DNA of 63,876 nucleotides, filler included, from Rhizaria sp. SCN 62-66 (Eukaryota): NCBI GenBank assembly GCA_001724265.1. It is 3 parts of 3 records of this genome, joined end to end, with 100 filler letters (N's around TTAATTAATTAA, not from the genome) between each part and the next. Parts side by side here need not be neighbours in the genome. Positions count along the whole stretch, not along the records: positions 26,141 to 50,469 come from MEDY01000421.1; 2 more parts are not named here. One strand, 5' to 3'. Shown piece by piece: positions 36,223 to 47,300 of this stretch (position 1 is its first letter; each line of letters starts with the position of its first letter). The notes under the pieces were generated by a model. It saw only the letters and a program-made list of their open reading frames with translations, ran no database searches and was not told where the DNA came from. The position numbers and the translations under genes were made by a program.

Positions 36223-39200
36223 ATGCTGTGTCACGGAGTACCCCGCACAGCAGTGGCCCGCGCGACCAAGACACTCTCGCGACGACTTGCCGCTGCGACA
36301 ACGACAAAAGCCGCACAGACCCCTGCAGCCACTACGGCAGCTCATGTTCACACCACCGCGCTGGTCTCGTCATCTAACGCAGTGCCTGTCCGCAGCTATC
36401 ATCGCACTGCGACTGCTACTGCTACTGCGACACCAGGTCTGAGTGGTGCGGCGCCTCCCCGCCGCGCATTCTCATCCTTGGCGGACTCCGCCGCCGTTGC
36501 TGCTGCTGATGCAGCTATTGGCGCCGCAGCTGAGCCGACGCCGACGACAGCCGGCGCCGCCGACGCACGCCCGTTCTCCCGGTCCATCCTCTTCGCGCTG
36601 TGCACCGACGATTCCCTGCTCTCCGAGCTCACGCTCGTCCTCTCGCACAGCAGCAGCAACAGCAGCAGCAACAGCAGCGGCAACAGCAGCGGCAGTGTTG
36701 CGAGCCCCGTGCCCTCGCTCGCGGACCCGCGCGACCCCACGACGGGCGCCACGCCCCTGCTGTTCGCGCTGGCCCACGGCGCGTTCGGCGCGGCGCGGGC
36801 CCTCGTCGAGGCGGGCGCGAACGTGACGGCGACGGATAGCCAGGGCAGGGGCGTGTTTGTTGCGCTCGCAAACGCTTTTGCGTCTGGCGCTATTGGCAGC
36901 GGTGGCCGCAGTAACAATAACGCCGCAAGTGATAGCTTCACGAGCAGTAGTAGCAGCAACGACCAGGCAAATGGCACCGTGACTAGTGACAGTGCGAGCG
37001 TGAAAGCTAGTGGGATTACGAGTATTGTCACAGCACTCCCCGACGTTGATAACACGAGCATTTACGACATCGAGGCAGCGTACTTCGCCCAAAACAACAA
37101 CACAGACGACGCCGATACGTCTGTAGCTGCAACTAAGACTGCGGCTGCGGTCGTTGAGTGTGCCGACGCTGTTGCTGCTGAGCCCGACGCGGAGGCGATC
37201 GTGGCGGCGATGGCCGAGGGCCTGCTGGCGCTGGGCGCATCCCCGGTCGCTGTGGCCCGTGACGGCCGCACGCTCGCGCACGCCGCGGCCGAGGCCGGCT
37301 GCGCGGCCCTGCTTAAGGTCGCGGCCCGGGCAGGGGTCGACCTGGACGCGCTCCCGACGCCGCTGCCGCAGTTGCAGTCGGTCATGGCCGCGAAGCAGGG
37401 CACTGGCGGTGCTGAGAAGGAGAACGGCGACGAGGACGAGGAGGAGTTATTCCCCGCGGTTAGCCTCGCCGCCGCCCACGGTCACCCGCGGGCAGTGGCG
37501 GCGCTGCTCGCTCTGGGCGCCAGCGCCGAGACACGGTCGAGCCTGGGCGTGTCGCCGCTTGCAGTGGCCGTGCAGGCGCAGTGCCCGAGGGCCGTGGCGG
37601 TGCTCGTCGCCGCGGGGGCCGCGGTCGACGCGCCCTGCCGCGTTGCACCGGTCAGCGCCAGCGCTGCCACTGAGACCGAGACTGGGACTGAGAGTGGGAG
37701 TGTTGGGAGCAAGAGCAGTAGTGACGGCATGTTGCCGCTGCATTTGGCCGTGACGCTGCCGCATCCGGGAGTCACGCGCGCGCTTTTGTCGCTGCCCGCT
37801 CCTCTCAGCCCGCAGCCCGGCGCTGACAGCATCGCCAACGGCAGGATCACCGCCACCAGCTCCGCGTCTGTGACCGACAGCGGTCGTGTGAGCGACAACA
37901 TCAAGGCGATGGCCAACACGCCGTTCGGCGCGCAGGCCGTGCTGCCGCTGCTGCTGGCTCTGTCGTCCGGCTATCCCGCGCACGTGCCGGCGCTGCTGCA
38001 GGCCGGCGCCAGCGCGCGCGTGCGCGACGGCGCGGGGGCCACGGCCCTCTACTACCTGCCGTCGGTGCCCGCCGAGGCCGCGGGGTCGGTTCTGGCCGCG
38101 CTGCTCGCGGCGGGCGCAGATGGCGACGCGCACGCGCTGTCGGCGCCGCAGCAGGCCGCGGCCTACGCGCGCATGACGCCGTTCGTCGCCGCCTCGGAGA
38201 GCGTATCGGAGCAGGAGCGCGAGACGGGGGTTGTGGGCCTGCTGCCGCCCGTGGTCATTGCGCTCGCGGCGCAGAGCCCGCTCATGCCGACCGCGAGCGC
38301 GAGCGATGACGCCGGCGCTGGTAGCACTGCGGCGGCCGCGACCGCGACGAGCGCGGCTGCGACAAGTGCGAGCATGAGTGCAAAGGAGGCCGAGAGGGCT
38401 TACCTGCGCGCCGGTGCTGTCGACCCCGTGATCACGGTCAGCGACGACGGCGGACTATCCTCCTCCGCGCTCGTCCAGCTGTTGCTCACCGCCGCGACCG
38501 CGGTCAAGCCCGACGCACACGCGGCCGCGAGCGCAGGCATCAACGCCAACGCCACTGACGCGGGTGCTAGCGCAGACCCGAGCCCGGCCCCCTCGTGCGA
38601 GCCCTACGTGCGCGGTGGCCCCTACGCGGGCACGGTCGCGCACGCGGCGGCGGCGACGCGCGGCCAGGCGCCGCTGCTGCTGTGGCTGCTGCGGCGGTAC
38701 CCCGCGCTCGTCAACAGCGACGACACGCGCGGCCGCACGCCGCTGGCCGTCGCGCTGGCCGCAGCGAACCGCGCCGCAGCCGCCGTGGCCGTGGCGGCTG
38801 GCGGCGACGTGCGCGCGGCGACGCGGGCCGGTTCGCGCGCCGCCGCGGTGCCGCTCGTCACCGGGGACGCAGAGACGTGGTGCTGGTTTGTGCGGCTCCT
38901 CGCCTCGCTGCCGCGGGTCAACATGACCAGGCTCAACGCCCTCGACGGCGCCAGTGCGAGCTCGAGTGGCGACGCCGCGAGTGCGAGAGCGATTGTGACT
39001 GTGAGCGGCCAGGAGGCGGCGGCGGCGTGCGCGGTCGACGCGCTCATGCGGCTTCACTTCTGCGGCGCCGCGGAGGTTAAGTCGCCAGGCATCGTCTCTA
39101 AGGAGGTGTTGCCGCTCATTATCAAGCTCTTGGGCGCTCCGATTTCCCTGAACAACGCTACCAGTGCCAGTTCAACAGCTGACTCGGCTGCTGCCACTGC

Positions 39201-41165
39201 GACTGAGAGTGCCAGCACCGATACCTCAGCGACTGGCGGCAAGCGGAAGCTTGGCTTTTTCTCGCGCTCGCGCCCTCAGCAGGACAGCCCGAGCGCCGAC
39301 GCGGCTGCACGCGAGACCGCCACCGATAGTGTGACCGCGTCTAGCAGCGCTACAGACGGTGAATACGGCTCAGTTTACGCGGATTCGCTGCGCATCAACG
39401 CCGCGATGGGCGCAGTCGCTACCGTGCACAGCCTGCTCACCGTGGCAGGCACGCCCGCCGACCTCACCCCGCGGCCTGCGTGCGCCACGCCAGTCGCCAC
39501 GGCGAAGCGGGCCCAAGGCGCGGACTGGGACTGGGACTGGGAGTGGGAGGACGCGGCGTCGGGCACCACGGCGCTCATGGCTGCTGTGCAGGTAAGCACA
39601 AATTATCGACTTAGATAGCAACAATATATCAATATATTGAAGTGGACTATTGCCACTTATTCCGCATTATCTAACTTTCACTCATTTTTATCATTGTTCT
39701 TCTTCCAAAACAGGGCCTGCCCCCCGGCTCCGTTTCGGCCGCGGCGCCCTGCTCCCCGCTGGTCTTCAGCCCCGAGGCTACCGAGCGTCGACTCGCGGTC
39801 GCCGCGCTGCTGCTTGAGTCGGGCGCGCGCCTGTCCGCGCGCGATGCCGCGGGCCGCAGCGCGGCGCACTACGCCTTCGCGGGCGGCCGCGGCGACGAGG
39901 CGCGCTGGCTGCTCACGCTTGAATCCCGGCGCCGCGAGCTGCCCCTGGAGCAGCTTCAGCGCCACGGCCTTGCTGACGGCAGTGGCGCTGGCGATGACGA
40001 GTCGCTGCCGTTCGGCGTCGCCAAGGGCGGCCTGACTCTTTTCCACGCGCTCGCAGACTGCCCTGCGTTCGAGCTCCCGGGCGCGTACTCCGCCGCGGCG
40101 CTGTCATCGCTCGTGCACGCCGTGGCGCTGGCGGCGAAGCAGACCAACACGACGCCGCTCACTCCCGACGCGCACGGGGTGAGCGCCGTGGACCGCGCGC
40201 GCGCGCTGCACAACACGCACGCGCTCGCAGTGTTCCACAAGGCCGGCTTCGACGTGGGCCCGAGCGGTACGGCTGACGGCAAGAGCAACGCTGCTGCGAA
40301 CGCTGAGGTCCCCGCGTACACAGAGCTGGCGCAGATCCCCCCGCTGCCCGCGCTGGCCAACGCCATCGTCAACGGCACCGCGGGCCGCGTGCGCATGCTT
40401 GTGGCGCCGCTCGCCGCCGCCGCGCGCGCCGCCGCCGCGAACAGCACCGCTGCGGAGGGCGCGTCCCCGCAGTCGGGCCTCGTCGCCGCCGTGTGGTTCG
40501 CCTACGCGCCGCTGCTGCTGACGACGGCTGTGGAGCGCGGCCGGCCCGAGCTGGTGGAGCTGGTGCTGGCCTTGGGCGCATCGCCCTCGCTCCCCAGCGC
40601 GCGCGCGCTCGAGCTCGCGCAAACGGCCGTCCGCAAGTTCGCCGCCGCGGACGCGAATGACACCAGCAGCGGCAGCGACAGCGCCGCCGCGCGCGCTGTT
40701 GCGGCCGTGGGCCCGCTGCTGCAGCAGTGCGAGCGGTACGCGTCGCCGCTGCCGCCGCTGCACGTGGCGGCGCAGCTCGACTCGGGCGCAGCCGCGACGG
40801 CGCTGCTCGCCGCGGGCGCGGACGCCGAGGTCGCTGTAGACCTCACGCAGGGCCGCGGCAGCGGCGTGACCGCGCTGGAGCTGGCCGCGGCGCGGGGCGC
40901 GGCGAGCGCGGCCGCGGCGCTGCTGGCCGGCGGCGCGGACGGCTCCGGCGCCGCACGCGCGGGCCGCGGCTGCGCGCTTCACGTGGCCGCGGCGCACGGC
41001 GCGCCAGGGGCTGTGCGGGCGCTCGTCGCGGGTGGCGTCAGGCCCGCGGAGCGCGACGACGACGGCCGGACCGCGGTAGAGCTGGCCAGGGCCATTGGGC
41101 ATGAGGACGTCGCTGCTGAGATCGAGGCCGCTGCGGCCGAGGCGGGCGTTTCGCTCCTGGACTAA
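36223..41165 (+). CDS. Large ankyrin-repeat protein with a putative mitochondrial presequence
   Basis: Exons 36223-39591 and 39714-41165 (intron GTAAGC...AACAG). Repeats GATPLLFAL..G, GRTLAHAAA, GVSPLAVAV, GRTPLAVA, GRSAAHYA, PPLHVAA, GRTAVELA. Stop TAA. Confidence 0.8.
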
Positions 41166-41349
41166 GCAAAACGCATATTTTCAGAATGTTTGCGTTTATT
41201 TATGAACGAAAATAAGATTTTTATTTATCAAGCTGTTCCGTCAGCATGTTACAAATAGCAATACACATGTCAATTTGGAAGTACTGTACTTTATATCACG
41301 TGATATTAATTTACTTAATCTCAACATCCTCGCTGCTGCAGTTGATACT

Positions 41350-44300
41350 TCAGCGCCAGAGTGTGGCCCAGTGCGCGGACTTCCTGAACCGTGGGAACGA
41401 GTCCGCGTTCATCAGCGCGAACACTTCCTTTGCGGCCGTGTCGAACACGCCCGCGATGGCGCGACTCACCTCTGCCTCGCGCTCGGCCATCGCCTCAGCC
41501 CGCCGCGCGCGCGCCTCGGCCTCGGCCGCCGCGGCGGCCGCGCGCTCGGCCCGGGCCAGCGCGGCCAACCGGGCCGCCTCTAGCTCAGCCAGGCGCGCGC
41601 GCTCGCGCGTGGCTAGGGCAGCCTGCAGCAGAGCCATTGCGTGGCTGTGCGCAGACGCCTGGGCGCGCCACTGGGACTCGACGCGCGGTGCACTGACAGG
41701 AGCGATGACAGCAGTGTCGTCGGTTGCCGTCGTAGTCGCAACAGCAGCGGCAGCGACGTCGCCCCAATGCGAGCGCACGCCGCGGCCGCTGCGCGCCGAC
41801 TGCGCCCTGCTCGAGCCCCGGCTCGGCACCAACGCAGCGGCAATACCAGCACGCGCACCGCCGCAGTTGTTGCTGTTGTTGTTGTTGATGCTGTTGAGGT
41901 GCGCGGCAGCCTTGGCGTTGGTGGCCGTGTCGCAGAGCGTGCGCATTGCGGAGAGCGAGGGCGGCCCGGTGAGGTCGCCCCACGTGCTCAGCGCGTCACC
42001 CACAGTCAGCGGCGGCGGGGACCGCAGGCCGAAGCTCAAGCCATCGCAGTAGTCGTCGTCGCCGCCGCCACCGTGGCCTTCATTGAGGCTGCTGCTGTTG
42101 CTGTTGTGTGCACCAAAGCTGCTGACGCGGCTGCGGCTGCCGCGGACCGCTGCCGCCCCGGCGTTAGGCACAGCGAGAGCGCTGCTCTTGACTGCATCAC
42201 CCGCGGCGGCAGCAGGGCCGCTATCGGGAGACGAGACTGCTGAGGCCGGAGCCGCAGTGATTGTGGCGGCGGCTGCAAGCAACGGGAGTGGCGAGGCCAG
42301 CGTTATTTCCGCAGTCGTAGCGCGCTGCGACTGAGTAGCAGCCTGCTGCTGTTGCTGGAGTGCTTGCTCTTGTCGCTGCTGCATCTTCGTGTGCGGACAG
42401 CCGCCGCAGCCGTCGTCGTCGCCGTCGCGCCGCATTGCCGCAAGCAGCGCCTCGACCTCGGCCGGCCCCAGCCGCTCGGCCTTGATGCTCTCACACCGGC
42501 CGCTCTCGTACAACGCTACCGCGGCGCTCGCACCGGCAGCTGCGGCGGGCGCGTGCGGTGATGCTGTCGTCGCGACGACCGGCGGCATAGAAGCAGAGCG
42601 GTCGCAGCCGCAGACGCAGCCGCAGACGCAGCCGCAGCGGCAGCCGCAGGGCAGCGCGGAGACACACTCGCGCTGCCGCTGCTGCTGTTGCGGTGCAGCT
42701 GTCCCGGGCACTGTCGCTCCGGCACCGAGCGCGGTGAGTGACAGCGACTGCGAGAGCCGCACAGCGGCGGCCGCGGCGGCGGCGTCGCCCTGGCTTAGGC
42801 TCAGACTGTGCGGCTGCGCCGTGGCGCGGCGGGACTGCGCGGGGCTTACATGCGCGGGGCTCACATGCGCGGGGCTTGGGCTCGGCGCTTCGCCGTGGCT
42901 GTGAGAGACGTCGGCCGACGCTGCGAATCCGCCGTTGGCGCCTCTGGCGAGCAGCGTGCTGAGTCGCGCAGCAGAGTACGTGAGGGGCTTTGCGGGCCCT
43001 GGGCTGGGCGAGCCGCCGCCAGCGCTCGAGATAGAGCGCAGGCCGACAAACGGTGTCATCTGCTGCTGCGACAGCGGCGGGAGCACCGAGGGCGGCAGCG
43101 CAGAGCCAGTGGCAGTCAGCGGTGTCGTGTTGCTGCTGGCGGTTGCGCTCGCAGTGAAGCCAGGACCCGAGGTTGTCGCAGTGAGTGTTACTGGCGCAAG
43201 CGATAGCGCTGAAGACAGCGACCGATACTTCTGCTGTCCAAGTGCAGCTTTGAGTGTCGAATTACTGCCGGCACCCGCGCTGTGGTTGTGGCCGGTCTGT
43301 GGCTGTGCGATGCCGCGGCCGCCGCAACACGCGCGCTGCGTCACTGGAAACTGCCCCGCTGCCGTGAGCGCCGCAGCGTGCAGCAGTAGCGATGGCGACT
43401 GGGCCCGAGTGCCGCCAAGCCCGAACCCGATCCCGAGCCCCAGTCCCAGTCCCGATGCCGGCGCCCTCGCGGCGAGCACCGGGGACCGCGACAGAGTTCC
43501 TGACGGCACAGGCGCCGACGCCGGCGACAGCAGTGACAGCGAGGGCGCGGGGGACGGCGCCAGCGACGGCGCCGGCGACGGCGAGTTGAGCCTGGCCAGC
43601 CGCAGCCCCTCGAGGGTCCACCACAGGCGTTGGCACGGGGCGCAGCGCAGCGCCACAGCCGCGCCGTTGCTCTCCGCAGCGCCGATGCCGGGTGCAGCGT
43701 CGGCAGAGTGGTCGCTGACGCTGTTGCCGGCGCAGTCTTTGTCGACGACGTCGCCTGGAGCCACATGCGTGTCTGCGTGAGCCGCACACGTGGCAGCAAT
43801 GGCGGGGCTAGCAGCCGTGGTTGCGCGCGGGGACGCGCGCGCTGGCGTCAGAATAAGCGGCATCGAGCTGCGCCTGCGGTGCGGCGACAGAGGCTGCGCT
43901 GTAGCCACTGCTGCCGCCGCTGCTGCGGTCGCTGCCGCTGCCGCAAGCGGGTCCTCAGCGCCAGCGTCGCTGAAGCTGGCATAACCTTCACTGTTGCCAG
44001 TATAGTAATGTTGTTGTTGCTCCCGCATGTGCTGGCCTTGAGGGGGGCTCGTGGTGTGTGTGCCGGCCGCGGACGCAGTCGTCACTCTCTCTGCGGCTGC
44101 GGCGGCCGCGCTCGCGCCCGGCGCGGCCACGGAGTCCGCCGCCGCGTGCGTTGTGGCGGCACGAGAGCCTGTCACGGAGTCTGCAGCTGCGTAGAGGTAC
44201 GCCCGGGCATCGGCGTCGGTCTCGGAACTGCAGTCGCCGTCAGCCTCCTTGCCACCGAGGAGCTGGTTACTGGCGTCACGGCTCTCGGTTACTGCGATGG

Positions 44301-47300
44301 TGTCGCCACCCGCTGCGGCGGGTGCATCGGCGCCGTGTGCCGCTGTCAACGTCGATGACGATGATGAGGACGAGGTCGCTGCGACAACGCAATGATTGCT
44401 CGCATACCCCTGCTGTTGGCCGTTAAAGTCGCTCGCAGGGACACGCGCGCCGCCACTGTGGTTGATGTAGTTGCTACTCCCATGGCCTGGAGCTCCAGTG
44501 GACGTGTCGCGCGCGAGGTACATCGCCAGCGCTGCGCGCCGCGCCGGGTCCGGGGGCGTGCGGAAGAACGCGGCCCGCTGCGACTGCTGCTGTTGCTGCG
44601 GCGACAGAGCTGGCGTGTGTTGAACTGCAGGCGAGCGTAAGTACTTGCCGCTTGCATCTAAGTGACCTGCGTCGTGTTCTAAGAGTCCAGAGTCCCCCGC
44701 GACTGCAGTCACACTCTCGGCAAGAGCGCTAGCACCGACGCCAGCGCCGGTGACAGCTGCCATGCCCATATTGGCGTTCGCAGCGATCCTGACAGCAGCG
44801 GGCGCAGCGCCAGTGCCCGCAACGGTCGCAAGCGGCAGCGGGGACGCACTGGGCAGCGGCGTGGCCGCGGCCATCACGGTTGCCAACAGGCCCCCCTTAG
44901 CCGATGTAAGGGCCGCGGTCGCGGCCGCAGTGCTGATGACTGGCACGCGTCGCCGCGGCGCCGGAGTCTCGGGGTACACGCCCTGGCCATCGGCTCGGTC
45001 ACCGTCCTCACCGAAGCCTCGGTCCTCACAGTGCACTTTGCCACGACTATCGCCACGGTCACCGACGCGGTCCTGGCCACAGTCGTCGTCTTGGTTGTAG
45101 CCGCACCACAGCACGCCACCGCTGACAGGGCTCCGGGGCTCTAAGTCAACGCGGCCACACGACGCATCAACAACAACATCGGAAGCAGCGGCCGCATTGC
45201 TGTCGCGTGGAATTGCATTCGTGTTTGGACGTGTTGCTGTTGCAAGCGCGCCGATGACGGTGACGCCGTTGTTGGCAAGCTCGAGTTCAACGATTTGGCC
45301 GACTGTGAGCCCGCGAATCGCGACATTACCAACCGCGAAGTTATTGCCAGTGTTGTTATCGAATGCATTCATAGCGCGGGCATTGCCTTTGCTGTAGTCC
45401 ATTGCCAGGGTGAACGCATACGACGCAGATGACGACGACGCCGACGCCGAGGCCGAGACCGACGCCAACGTCGCCGCCGACGCTGATGAGTGATCCCCGT
45501 CGGACTGCGCGAGCGGCGACGAGACCGAGGACGGCGTGTCCATGACAGCCAGCAGCACGTACGCCCCGGCGCCGGCACCGACGCCGCTGGCCACGCTCAG
45601 TCGCGCAGCCGCCACGCTGGTGGCTGCGGCGCCGGCAGTCGCGGCGGTATTGGCGGTCGCAGCGTCAACAGTCGCGGCGTCGGCGGCGCTGATTAGGCCG
45701 CCGTGTGTCGTGGTCGTTGTTGCGCCGCCGTTGCTGTTGTCGCCGCAACTGCCCACCAACGCGATTCCCGCGTTACAGCTGTCTCTCAACGCAACTTCAC
45801 CGGGAGCGCTGGCGTGTGCGCCGGTGTTTGCGTTGATGGACTGGGCGAGTGCGCGCGTGCGCTGCCGCGCGCGGGCCGCGGCGGCCGCGGCGGCGCCCGT
45901 GGCCGCGGCGGCCGCGGCGTGCGCCACGTGCAACGAGTGCAAACTATCCGCGGCCGCAGCCAAGGCCGCGCTGGCGGCGGACCGCGCGCAAGAAGACACG
46001 TTGACCTGCGCAGTGACGACCATCGCAAAGATTACGCGAAACAAAGTAAGAATATGATTTTAGACTGAAACTCGGTGATATAAATTTACGACACCAATTT
46101 ACTCATGTGACGCACAATAACCAACAGATATTCGACTTCAACAATCCCTTCGCATGAGATATTCTTCATTTCACGATGATTACACTGAGCTTACCTCGAA
46201 CGGCGACCCGGGCGCGATGTACGTGTGGTACAAGTACTGCGCCTCCCGCATCGCGTCGTGCGCGTCGGCCAGCCGCAGCCGCCGTCGGGGCCGCGGCGGC
46301 GGAGGCTGCGGCTGCGAGTCGGCGACCGTGACAGCAGAGGAGCTGTGGTCGACGAGTGAGAGTGTGCGTGACCTGTGGAGTGCAGAAGAATGAAAGAACA
46401 GGGATGTGATTGAGTTATAAGCAAGAGTTACGTATTAAATGGAGGACGCAGCTCGGGTTATACTTTGGCGCTATTGCGACGTACTTAAACTCTGTCGCCG
46501 CAGTGTAGAAGTGGATGTTCTCGGACGACAGCTCCGACTCCAGGAACCGCGCGAACGCCTCGGTGCCCTGCGCAGTGGCCAGGACGGCCGCGAGAGTGAG
46601 CGCGGGCGCTGCAGCAGCTGCTGCTGCCGCTGCCGCTGCCGCTGTTGTGGCCGCGGCAGTCGCGGCGACCGTGTGCGCGCAGGGGTGGTGCTCCACAGCT
46701 GTCGTGGCCGTTGCTGCCGCGTGGCCGTGGCCGTGGCCGCCGCTTTCGCTGCCGCTCTCAGCGCCGCCGACGCCGGCGCACTGGTAATGCAGCGCGGCCC
46801 TGCTCGTCAGCGGGAGCATCGGCACGCCGCCCGGCTCGCCGTCTGAGTTGCCTGCTGGCAGCAGCTCGAGCTCGGGCTCCGGTGCACCGCCGGCGCTGCG
46901 ACAGTCGCCGTCGCCACTGCCGTGCGTAAGCGCGCGCGCCGAGAGCCCGCACGACGGCGCAGGGTCTGCTGCGTCGCTGCCGTCACCGCCGGGATCGGGC
47001 GCGAGCGCCAGTGCGGGGACGGTGACCGCGCCACCGCAGTGGGGGCATACGCACTGCCCGCTGTCGTCGTCAGCGCGCGTGCCGGCCGCCGGCAGCAGCG
47101 CGAGGGCGCGCGCGCCGCGCTGCGGGGACTGTGAGCAGCAGAAGAGCCACCGGAGGGCGCGCGTCAGCCACAGCCGCTGCGGCCGCCGCGGGGCCGTGGC
47201 GCTGTCCCCGCCGACGCGGAAGAACTGTCAATCGCGTGATAGATAATAAGAACAGAGAGACCAATAACAAAAAGAATGAGAATTTGAGCAAAGAAACAAA

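Noticed and set aside
5816-39618. Listed ORFs ending in TAG (5375-5818, 27011-28111, 28304-29374, 36208-39618) as counter-evidence to TAG reassignment
   Set aside because: Each TAG lies inside an intron just after a GTACG/GTAAG donor. The spliced genes continue and end in TAA.
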